Assembly: GCA_000697335.1 (NCBI GenBank)
Contig: JNEM01008454.1
Span: 1-34,944 of the forward strand
Source: Conidiobolus incongruus B7586
Taxonomy: Eukaryota
Length of the DNA: 34,944 nt
Direction: 5' to 3'
Part shown: positions 10,191 to 21,082 of the stretch, piece by piece
How the letters are laid out: each line of letters begins with the position of its first letter
Numbering within the stretch: position 1 is the first letter of the stretch
The notes under the pieces: model-generated
Seen by the model: only the letters and a program-made list of their open reading frames with translations
Told to the model about the DNA's origin: nothing
Database searches by the model: none
Translations under genes and position numbers: made by a program

Positions 10191-11499
10191 CAGTGGTTCA
10201 AAAAGTTCACCAGTTTTAAATTTATATTTTAAAGGAATAAATAAAGCTAAAGCAAAAAGAATATGATTTTAATAATTAATTACTTCTTTGATTTTCTATA
10301 ACAGAACTCTACACTAATGATAATTACTCAACCCTTTTACATAGGTTTTCATAATTTATCTTGAAAATTATACCTTTAATTTTGTAATGTAAACTTGAAA
10401 TATTATGAAATCTCTTTCCCTAAATCAAATTCTTCAACTTACTAAAACAATCATAATAACAAAGATTCATATTTAGTAAATATAATGGATATAGCAATAG
10501 ACTAGTTTTTTCAATAAATAAATCTTTGACAATTTTTACTGTATGAGTATAACTATTATCATGTAAAATAAATTGTTTTTTAATTGAAGTTTACTTATAT
10601 TATTTTGTAATATTAGTTTTTAAAAATCTAAGATTTATTCTATTATTACAACTTATTTTTGCTGGTAATAATAGGTGGAATGTTTTATTATTAATACTTA
10701 TACTTAATAATAACATTTGCTTTTTTTTCAAATAATTTTATTGTGGAATTTGAGTTAGTGGTTTTAATTTTTCAACCCAAGCACTTTTTTATTTTTTGGT
10801 AATACTTTATTTATTAGAATTTATCAATAATCTATTAAAATGATTTTTTCAATTATAGTGAAATTAGTATATAATAGAATAAATTTATATCAGCTATAGT
10901 TCTTATTTTATTTATTTGATTTTTAATTAAAGTATAAAATAACTATACTCTTAATTTGTTAATTAATTTTAATCTATCTTTTAGTATAGTAATAATAGAG
11001 TTAATATTAAAATATAGAGATCGTGCTAGTTTTTCTACTAAATTATATAAGTGATATTTGAAATGTTTCTTTATTTGTATTTCTTTATCTAGGTATAGAT
11101 TTAAAATAGCTTAAACAAAAAAGTAAGCGTTTTATGTTAGATCTTTTAATTTTAAGTTGATTAAACTAGTTTGTAATAGTAAGCTTTGAAATCTGTTTGC
11201 CATTAGTTGCTGCTTAGAGATTTTTCTGAATAGGTGATATAAAATTTTTCGTATAGTATAATGTTTTGATAAATACTTTTTGTTCAACTCAGGTAAATTT
11301 TGAAATTCTGTAATTTTCTGTCATTATATTTTTTGTTGAAATTCTCTTGGAAAGTTATTTTATATATATATATAATAAGTATGGTGAATTATTAGATCAC
11401 TTACTATTATTTGAAAAAATACTTAAATTAGAGTGAAATAATTATGATTCATATAATAGTATTTGATTTAAATACAGGAAATTACTTTTTGAACCACTG
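10191..11499 (-). mobile_element. Full-length (1309 bp) degenerate Tc1/mariner DNA transposon
   Basis: Perfect 16-bp terminal inverted repeats: CAGTGGTTCAAAAAGT (10191-10206) and ACTTTTTGAACCACTG (11484-11499). Flanks are TA on the left (10189-10190) and GA on the right (decayed TA target duplication). The length is typical of mariner, and a transposase relic lies inside. Confidence 0.9.
10276..11324 (-). pseudogene. Mariner-family (DD34D-type) transposase relic with many stops and frameshifts
   Basis: Manual minus-strand translation gives, in the expected order: EQKVFIKTLY..IQKNL*AA..ISKLTITN*FNQLK (N-terminal HTH); VEKLARSL..SIITILKDRLKL..V*LFYTL (WVPHxL relic, 10928-10945); IEKIILID (first catalytic D region); KSAWVE; KKQMLL; FILHDN (HDN at 10555-10563); LLYPLYLLNMNLCYY (LPHPPYSPDLAPCDY relic, 10453-10497); SKLKNLI*GKRF; LSLV*SSVIENQR. 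Confidence 0.85.
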
Positions 11500-11522
11500 G
11501 ATAATACAGATTTATTAAAATA

Positions 11523-13377
11523 TTATTGGTGACCAAATAAAATCATATCGATTTTCTTAGCTAATAATTTTTTTAATTGGTCGGGTGTTTCGACAGAAAA
11601 ATTGCCTTCGACAATTCCCAGAAGAATAGTATTTGGAGCTCTAAGTTCAATGTTAATTAAGTTGGATCTTCCTATATTAATTAATAAAGAATGGCCAAGG
11701 ACAGTTTGCTGAGATTTGACGTCTTCGATTGGGGAGTATTCAATTTTGAAAAAAGGTTGTGATGAAAAAGATTCGCAAATTAAGCTTGTAGATTTGAAGG
11801 AATTCAATACACTCTGAACAGCTTGATCGATCTCCTGTAAAAAGAAATAATACAGAACCATATCCCTTGAATATTTAATAAACTGGTGATCTTGAAATAC
11901 TCTAAATATATTTGTTAGAAAATAATGAAGTGATGAATAATCAAACTTACGGAATGGTTCTCTTGACTTCTTCTACAGCCAAACAATCATGAGTATGTAG
12001 CAAATGGTTCTTAACCCAGTCAAGGTGCTTGTGATATTCTCTTAATTTGAACAACAGAGTTGTTTTGATAGTGCTACAAAGCCAATGCAAATGAGTTGAA
12101 GCCAGTGGCTCAGATTGTGGCACCTCTTTAAGCTCAAACACTAATTCCCAATCGTCATTTATACTGACATAAACAGAATCCGAAATATTATAAGAGCATT
12201 GGGGGATAGATTTAGATTCTATAGTTAAATAGTTAAAAAGCTCAGTCTCGAGAGCAGTGGATCTAGCTTTGCATAACTTGTCATGCGCTTGAAGAACTAC
12301 GGGGTCGGTAGGAAGGTTAGAAGTGATAAGATTTTGTGGGAAATAAACACCCTCAGGAACCATAGGAATAGGAATATCATTCACAGGTTGTACATTTTTG
12401 CTAGTCGACTGTAAGCGAACTGAAATAGCTTTCTCAACTTCAAATTTTAGCACGAGATTCAGTTTCCCATCAACTTCTCTATCAATAAAAGCGTATGTGT
12501 TTTCATAAAAAGACGAGCCAGAGCCAGTAAACCCATAATCGATAAAATACTGAGTAGGATCTTTGTCGTTCTTTGATTCCACTTTTTGAATGAACCAATT
12601 CAACTTGCTAAGCTGTAATATCTGATCCCAAAACGTATTCTCGACTCCTATTGTCTTAGATAACCTGGTTGCTCCAGAGCGAAGTAATGAAGAGGCTAAA
12701 GTGAGTTGCTAAATTCTGATTAGAAATATGAAAGTGGCAATATGGAGATAATTACAGATTTCTTAGATCCTAAATTTAGCTTGGATTGGTGAATAAGCGC
12801 CCTATGACCAGCTTTTGGCTTGTTGGCAGCTGTTAAAGTAATGGACCCTGGGGGGACGGGTAAAGGTTGATCCGCAGGCGGTTGCTGGTCAGAATTGGAT
12901 AAAATTAGTGTGAGTGCATCAAGTGCAACACCCATCTCAATATGAGCTAATCTTTTAAAATAGTTAGGTATTTAATAAAGAATTTATAGGTAAAAATTAC
13001 TCTATTGCTTGACTCATTGAGTGCTTAAGTTCGTAGAATTTTTTTTGATCATACTCTTGGTTATCTTCTTGAGCATCATTTTCTAAATTTTGATCATTTG
13101 TTTCCCCTTTTCGAATGATATTAGAATTGTTGTTGTCTTGAATAGATTCTTGTGTTTTTTGTGCTGCTAGACTTTGTTTTTCTTTGGATAAGAATTCATT
13201 CAAATTATCTAAACTTAGTTTTTCAAAATTAAGTTTTGGTGTCTGCCATATTTTTTCGATGTTTTTATCAATGTCAATGTTCCACTGAGGTTTGGGTTCA
13301 TATATAATTTGCTGTCCTTCAAGAATATCATAAGGAACATCTTCATCAATAGGATCCACTTGAATTTGATTAGACAT
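11523..13377 (-). CDS. MED17: Mediator complex subunit Med17/Srb4. Exons 13377-13001, 12951-12756, 12708-11951, 11901-11523; about 569 aa
   Basis: Four ORF fragments are joined in frame by GT-AG introns of 49, 47 and 49 nt. Med17 hallmarks: AHIEMGVALDALTLILS, PVPPGSI, LGSKKSQLTLASSLLRSGATRLSKTIGVENTFWDQILQL..NW, IDYGFTGSGS, LCKARSTALETELFNYLTIES. Confidence 0.85.
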
Positions 13378-15326
13378 TAGTAACAAAAAAATTATCAAAA
13401 ATAAAGTAAACTAGAGTTTAGAGTGAAATTATCTTATATATACTGATTAATAATTCTAAATACTATCTTATAACCTTATAAATGACTAAAGCATTAATAT
13501 TGAATTATATGACGACTAGAATCAAATTAATAATTATAATTTCTACTTCCTTTTATTATGGGATTTTTTGCTTTTTAAACATCTCATAATTTCAATCAAG
13601 ACCTTAAGGAATTAATTTTTAACATTTCAATTAAGAATTGACTTGACTTCGTTTTTATGCCTATTATATTATTAATTAATATATTTGAGAATGTAATATG
13701 TTTTACCCCCAATAACTACATAATTCTATATATTCAAGTAAATATAATTTTACTTCTAGGACTATTGAAATATATTCAAACCTAAGTCAAACTTAACAAT
13801 GATACTTTTACCATAGTCTGTGAATAATTTAGAGGTTATTGCCAGTTTTTTTATAGATAACGAGACTAACGAATAGCGAAGTTAATTAATTTATATTCGT
13901 TTATTAACTCCTAATGCCTCCTATATAAACGAAATTATTAAAATTGTTGTAACATATACTCTCTGAATATATGCGATTATTATAAATAAATCAAATTTCT
14001 TAATGTTGATTTAATAATACTTGATCCTGTACTAGATTTTTAAATACGAGTCAATATGTTAATTTGTTAATTTCTCCATTTTGGTATTAATAAATTTGAT
14101 TATTTAACACAAGCCAACAAATAATAGATTTTCTTATTTTAGCATTATATTACAAAGATATTTGTTTCAACAATATTAGTTTTTTATATTTAAATTTGAC
14201 TTTATAGTAATTAATTGAAATTATTTAAACAAAAAATTGTATATTGAACCACATTATCCTTCTTTTTGAACAAACTATATTTAATGAAATTACTTATAAA
14301 AAATTACACAATAGATATGCATTTCAATAGTTAAATTATTTGGATAGTATTTTAAATTAGAAATTGATTATTTTATAATAAAAAATTTAATAAAATAATC
14401 ACTTTGTTGATGTATTATAAATAAACTTTTATTATATATTAGTATATTTATAATTTGAATACAAACAAAATTTATAAAATGAAATTACCAGAGGTATTAT
14501 TTAACAGAATCACATTTAAATTAACTTTAGTAAATATTGTCTAATTTTAAATAATGAAAAAAATATTATAATTTTATTAGAATTTGTTAATATTATTATA
14601 ATATTTCACCATTATATTTATGATAATCATGATTTTGAAAACTCTTAAAATAAGATTACTTATCAGTATTTTTTGTATGCATAATTTAAAAAATTTTATA
14701 ACTGCCAATATATAGTATATTATAAATAAAATATAGGTATCTTCAGATCAACATACTTTGTTTGAATAGAAAAAATTAATATTGTATTTAATTATTAGTT
14801 ATATGATATAATTGACATAAAATACAATCAATTCTATAATCGTTTTATATTTGATTAATATTAAAATTATTTTTTTAAAGTATCAAAGCTACTATAAGTA
14901 GGTACTAGCAATATGTAGATATTGCAATAGTCAATTATATAAATGTTCATACATCAAGGAATTTTTTATAAACTAATACTATATTTATTAATATGTTAAT
15001 AATACATTATTTATAACTATATCGATACTCACTGTACCATTAAATAATAGTACATTGCTACTTTCAATGTTCATAGTAAATCATTTTTGTATATTATTTA
15101 CTTTTTATATATATCTTAATATCTTTATTATTTTTGAAATGAGTATTATTCATTTGTTAATTTCTATTTCGTTCTTAACACAGTCAAATATAATCTAACA
15201 TTTTGTTGTAAATTTAATATTTCAGCTATTAAAAAATATATAGTTAATAAGATACAATATATTTAATTCTATATACCCTAATATATATGTGAATTTTTGG
15301 AAAATGTAAATGATATTTTGAATGAT

Positions 15327-15344
15327 TTGGGACAATCCCATAAT
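15327..15344 (+). promoter_or_regulatory. Candidate promoter element TTGGGACAATCCCATAAT upstream of DCN1
   Basis: 17/18 identical to TTGGGATAATCCCATAAT on the minus strand upstream of typA (19235-19252). The core TCCCATAA also occurs upstream of other genes. Confidence 0.55.
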
Positions 15345-15467
15345 CAAAGTTCAAAATAATAGATTGAATTAATTTATAAATTGGTGTTATTCTTGACTTG
15401 TAAAATTAGTTTCAACTAAAATAATATAATATTAAATATATTTATCTATTAGTAACTGCATTTTATA

Positions 15468-16616
15468 ATGGTATCTATGAATAACCAAATTCTAAATTCT
15501 TACAATTAATTTTTTGTTAATAGCCAAGTACAAGTGAGAAAAAATTAATCAAAAGCTTTGTTAGTTTTGCAAATTGCAGGTAATCGATTATTAGTTATTA
15601 AATAATATTTTTCTAAACAATACAATCTTTCAACTAAAATTAGTGATTCTGTAGCAACTAAGTATTTGAAATCCTTTAACTGGAATGTTGAAGCTGCTTT
15701 AAATGAATACTTCTCTAATTCCTCCAACGCTACTCAACCTAGTACAGATTTTATAAATAACTTGACCAATGTATATAAGCAATACAAAGGTATTATACAC
15801 TATATAACTTTGCAACACTCATTTTTAAAGGTATTTAGATCCTACACAAGATGCTATATTAATTGATGGTACACTCCGCTATTTCGAAGATCTCGGAATT
15901 GATCCTACCCAGATACCTGCTTTGATTGTTGCACTAGAGCTTCAATCTCAAAATGTCGGAGAATTTACTCGTGAAATGTTCATCAATGGTTGGACTGAAT
16001 TAAAGTAATATACTTTATTCATTGCTTATTTAATTTTATTCAATTTAATATATTTTAGTTGTGATACCATTGATAAGATGAAATCCAAGATTCCACAACT
16101 TGTATCTAAATATCAAGACTCTAGTTTCTTTAAGAAATTATACCAATTTGCATTTGTTTATTCATTAAACCCAGGCCAAAGAAGCTTAGGCCTTGAAACG
16201 GCCATTCCTCTTTGGGAAGTCATTCTTGGTGGAAAATATCCTCACCTTTCCGTTTGGTTCGAATATCTACAAAAAGAATATAATAAAGCGATCTCAAAAG
16301 ACACTTGGAATCAGGTATATTCAAGATTAGATAGCACTGATTGTCTAATACTTACGCTGTCTATTAATAGTTTTATGACTTTATTGAAACCGTAAACTCT
16401 GACATGACCAATTATGATCAAGATGGTAACATTATCACTTTCAATTTTATACAATTATTAATCATGTGTTTCTAGGTGCTTGGCCATACGCTATTGATGA
16501 GGTAAGACTCTTACTACTAATTTTCACTAATCATAAATAATAATCAATTTAATTAGTTTGTCGTTTTTGCTCGCCAAAAACTCTCCCTTCCTACTCCAAG
16601 CCCTTCATTGGCATAG
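15468..16616 (+). CDS. DCN1: DCN1-like cullin neddylation E3 (UBA plus PONY domain). Eight exons: 15468-15470, 15524-15579, 15644-15789, 15839-16004, 16059-16314, 16371-16425, 16476-16501, 16557-16616
   Basis: UBA-like FVSFANCSDSVATKYLKSFNWNVEAALNEYF; IDGTLRYFEDLGIDP; GEFTREMFINGW; FKKLYQFAF; GQRSL; ISKDTWNQFYDF; NYDQDGAWPYAIDEFV (DAD patch). Seven GT-AG introns are frame-consistent, and the first coding exon is the ATG alone. Confidence 0.93.
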
Positions 16617-16875
16617 TTTAAATAAAAATCAATAAATATTCATTGAAAATGATATAGTCACTTGATATATTTATTTGCATGGATGCACATTATTAATGTA
16701 TTTTTATAATACACTGTATTATATTAATATGAACTTATGCAATTATTTTTATTTGAATTGAATATAATAATGAAAATTTTCAATTTCAATAAATGAAAAA
16801 TAAATTGAATAATGTGCTGTATATCAATAGTAATTAAATTATTTATCTAAATATGTGGTATTTTGTACAATTGAT

Positions 16876-19011
16876 TTACATAGCTTTATGCTTGTTGGAC
16901 AACTTACGCTTGGAGGGGTCAAGTTCTTTCTTTCTTAAACGAATATTCTTAGGAGTTACTTCAATAATTTCATCAGGTTGAACATATGAAATTACTTCTT
17001 CCAAGCTCATTGGCTTAACTGCTGTCAATCGAATGGCATCTTCCTTCATAACAGATCTCATATTGGTCAAAGCTAAATACATATTAATAGTAGCCTAATG
17101 ATATTAATTATTTAAATACCTTTAGTTCTAGTGGGATTCACTTCTAAATCACCATCCTTATTGTATTCACCAACAATCATACCAGGATACACTGGAGTAC
17201 CTGGAGTGACAAATAGTTTTCCACGAGGTTCCATCAATCCAGCAGCATATGTGGTAACATCACCTTTGGAAGTGGAGATCAAGCTGCCTTTTCTAACTTG
17301 ATCAAGGGATCCTTTGAAGGGCTGATAAGAGCTGAAGACATGATTAAGCACACCTTCTCCATGGGTATCATTCTTAAATTCAGCACCATAGCCTAAGAGG
17401 CCTCTTGTAGGAACTTCAAAAATCAATCTTGACTTGTCTCCAAACTCAGTAAACTCTTTGAGATCACCTTTGCGCTTGCTAAGCTTCTCAATGACAGTAC
17501 CAGAGTATTCTGGGTCGACATCAATTGTCACTTCTTCAATAGGCTCCAAGAGTTCTCCGTTTTCTCCCTTTTGGTACACGACACGAGGAGGGGAAATGGA
17601 AAGTTCAAACCCTTCTCTTCTCATGGTTTCAATCAAGACTCCCAATTGGAGTTCACCACGTCCTCTGACTTCAAAGCGATCCTTACCAACTGACTCGTGG
17701 ATTTGGAGTGCAACATTGGTTTCTGCTTCTTTTCGGAGACGATCTCCAATTACAGTTGAAGTTAACATCGTACCCTCTTGACCGGCTAAGGGTGAGTCGT
17801 TGACGAAGAAATCCATCGAAACAGTTGGAGGATCAATGGGATTGCTTGGTAGGGGCTCTGTAACCGATGGGAAACAAAGTGTCGAATTGACAGAGGCACC
17901 GGATAATCCAGCAACACTAACAATATCACCAGCACCGGCCTTGTTAACAATGATCTTCTCCAGCCCGCTTTGCAAAAAGATTTTTGTGATTCTTCCTTCT
18001 TCAAGGACCTTTCCTTGAGTATCAAGCGCTTTGATGGAATCACCAACTTGAATTGTCCCTGTTTCAATTTTTCCCAAGTAGCACTTTCCTAAAAATGCGT
18101 TGCTTTCCAATTGGGTTACAAGCATCGAAAAGGGGGCGTCCCGATCGACTTTAGGGTGAGGTACTTGCTTGAGCATTGTTTCATATAACGGAGTCATATC
18201 TTTCTTTTCGCCATCCATGTCAAAGGTAGACCAGCCTTCTTTGGCACTAGCATAGATGATGGTATAGTCCATTTGGTCATCAGAAGCGCCTAAAGTTGCA
18301 AACAAATCTAAAAGCTCGCTGTCGACTTCTTCGGTTCTTGCAGTAGGTCTATCAGCCTTATTCAATACGACAAGTGGCTTTAAATTCCTCTCCAGAGCCT
18401 TAGCTAAGACGAATTTGGTCTGAGTCATGGGGCCTTCAGTTGCATCGACAACTAAAGCCACACCATCCACCATGGATAAAATTCTCTCAACTTCACCACC
18501 AAAGTCAGCATGCCCAGGTGTATCCACGATATTGATTCTATGGCCTTTATACATGATAGAGGTGCACTTGGACAAGATAGTGATACCCCTTTCTCTTTCT
18601 AAATCATTAGAATCCATTACTCTGCTTTGTTCACCTTGAATCCCTTGAAGGGTTCCTGATTGCTTGAGCAAACAATCGACAAGTGTGGTTTTACCATGAT
18701 CAACATGAGCTATACCAGTATAAATTAATTACAGTCCAAAACCAAAATCAAAATAAAGACTCACCAATAATAGCAATATTTCTAACCTTTTCAGGTGGCA
18801 GTAAATTTCCCAAATCTGGTGTTGATGCATATGTTTTGATTTGATTTACACCATAAACTGAGCATACAAGCGCTTTTGATAGAAGAGATCTAGAAAGTGG
18901 ATACTTGACACCGATAAGTGATCTAGTTGATATGGATCTAAGCTGAATAGATCTGATAAGTCTATTGGGGCGAATGGATTTGGAGATTAAATTAAAATTG
19001 TTTGAAAACAT
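16876..19011 (-). CDS. typA: Mitochondrial TypA/BipA translational GTPase. Exons 19011-18765, 18709-17120, 17072-16876; about 677 aa
   Basis: [18 protein letters not shown] (restored across intron 18710-18764), [85 protein letters not shown]. An R/S/K-rich, acid-free extension of about 60 aa at the N-terminus resembles a mitochondrial presequence. Confidence 0.93.
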
Positions 19012-19234
19012 TAAAAGGAAAAAGTGATTAGTAATTATAAAATGTAATCAAAGTGAATCTATGGAATTATTAATTAAATTGATGTAAAAAATATATTATT
19101 TATATTATTTATATTAAATGATGTTTAGTTACTATATTCGCAATTTTAAATCAAAACTTGAGTCTATATTTTTTAATCTCAATTTGGAAACTTATTTAAG
19201 GATATCCTTATAACTAAAAAATATAAGATTTGAA

Positions 19235-19252
19235 ATTATGGGATTATCCCAA
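19235..19252 (-). promoter_or_regulatory. Candidate promoter element TTGGGATAATCCCATAAT upstream of typA
   Basis: The plus strand reads ATTATGGGATTATCCCAA. It has the same sequence and the same orientation relative to its gene as the DCN1 upstream element. Confidence 0.55.
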
Positions 19253-20517
19253 TTTAGAAATAAATATTTTCGAAAATATACTTTGCATATGCTTATTATT
19301 CAAAAATTTTTCTATTCTATCATTGAATATTAAGATTGAAACAACCTATATTTACAGCTTTAAATCTATAAAATTCATTAAGATTTATTTTACTTTTTGA
19401 TCTGAAATTTGATAAAATTTTTATCTAATAATCTTGATCTAAATAACCAATAATTACATATTTAATATTTTTAATTTAACCAAACAATAAAAGTATATGA
19501 GAAAAATAGATCCGCTTTCTCCCGACATTGTCCCCAACAATTAGAAACTATATAAATTCAAAAAATCATGAAAGAAGAATTATATTTGATAAAAATGGAT
19601 TAATATGTAATTATTGTGTATTCTTCTAATAGAGTTATATACCAAACAGCTTTATAATCATTATGTGTTGATATATAGTATAATACTACATATATACACC
19701 AAATATGCAAACTTAAAGTGATAACACTCCATCATATAAATTTTGTTAAATTTGAAATTTAAGGTTGAATAAAAAATTACCTATTTCAGTATAATGTAAA
19801 TGAAATATGGTTAATAAAAAACTGGATTGGTCAATTATTTATATTATTTTACATTACAAGGTTAAGACTGGATAGAGTATAATCGAAATAATCAGTTGGA
19901 AAAAAGTTAAATCATAGTTTCAAATTATATATGATTTGATATAAATACCATTGCTGATAGTTTGCTTACAGTCCATAGTAGAAATAGTATTTATATTATG
20001 AAACAAATTATGATATCATTTTAATATCACAAAATCAACTTACATCAGATTTGAATCAAAATGGTAAGATTGATTAATTAACCTAGTAAAGAAACTCCAA
20101 CTCGATTTTGGAAAATCAAGGATGTTCACGCTCGGAATTAAACGGAGGATGAAAAACTAGAATTAAAATTAGGATAATAATTAAATTACCAAAGCAAAAG
20201 ATTTATGAGAAAGGTGAGTAGTAGATATATCATAACTTGGAAATTGTAGGAGTATGATATAATTTGAATGTAAACAGATAAAAATGAGGCTAATTAGAGC
20301 AGATATAGTGATCATTAAATATTAATGATCTAATAAAGTAAACTGTATTTTTAGTTATAATATTTATAAACATAACAAGTAACATCAATAAAAGAGATAA
20401 TTTCAGAAGTGTTATGAAAGCGAAGAAATATTATTATTAGATAAGAAACAAATGCTTGAAATACAGTTTGTTTTATATAAATTTAGAGTATAATTAGATT
20501 ACATGTATTAAAAGAGT

Positions 20518-20982
20518 TTAGCAGGATTCTTTAAGGTAGGCAACGACATCAGCTCTATCCTTGGCCTTCTTGAAACCAGCGAAAGCCATCTTGGTACCGG
20601 GGATATACTTCTTGGGGTTTTCCAAGTAGTCGAAGAGAGTTTGTTCACTCCAGATAACACCTTTGTTTTGGTTGGCAGCAGTGTAGGAGTAACCTTCAGC
20701 TTTACCAGAGGCACGACCAAAAATACCGTGCAAGTTGGGACCGACCTTGTGGGGACCACCCTAAATGTACAGATTAAATCACAAGTTAATTGATAAAGCT
20801 AAAAGATGACTTACAGCTTCAACGGTGTGGCATTGAGCACAACGGGTCTTGAAGAGCTTAGCTCCGGCAGCGGCATCACCTGTAGATCAGAGAGCAGGTT
20901 AGCAAATGTAAGGGGCAAAGCACATGATAAGGAAAGATTGGTGCAGCGTTAGTAGAGACAACATACCTGAAGTAGCAGACAT
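20518..20982 (-). CDS. CYC1: Cytochrome c. Exons 20982-20967, 20879-20815, 20760-20518; 107 aa
   Basis: [43 protein letters not shown]...[18 protein letters not shown]...YLKESC. It has the CxxCH haem motif, the Met ligand and strong high-expression codon bias. Introns are 20880-20966 and 20761-20814. Confidence 0.98.
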
Positions 20983-21074
20983 TATGTATTAATCTATTTA
21001 AATATGAAATTAATTGATCTAATCTTATCAATCAGTAAGAAAAGTTATCTCAAATCAGTGTGGATGTTCCCATA

Positions 21075-21082
21075 TTTATATA
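21075..21082 (-). promoter_or_regulatory. Candidate TATA box of the cytochrome c gene
   Basis: TATATAAA on the minus strand about 95 nt upstream of the ATG, with CCAAT at 21146-21150 and CACGTG at 21382-21387 further upstream. Weak evidence given the AT-rich background. Confidence 0.35.

Noticed and set aside
14262..14279. CTTTTTGAACAAACTATA resembling a decayed copy of the mariner TIR
   Set aside because: Only about 10 contiguous, mostly T, matches, with no partner TIR or transposase relic found.
16876..19011. Bacterial contamination or endosymbiont DNA as the source of typA
   Set aside because: Two spliceosomal introns (one splitting the G1 region), a targeting extension, the host promoter motif and eukaryotic neighbours argue against it.
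20508..20759. 83-aa ORF overlapping cytochrome c in another frame
   Set aside because: It is a shadow of strong codon bias in the cytochrome c exon, has a non-ATG start, and is not a recognisable protein.
4806..20982. Functional cluster of mitochondrial genes (ThrRS, typA, cytochrome c)
   Set aside because: They are interspersed with unrelated nuclear-function genes, and mitochondrial proteins are common enough for this to occur by chance.
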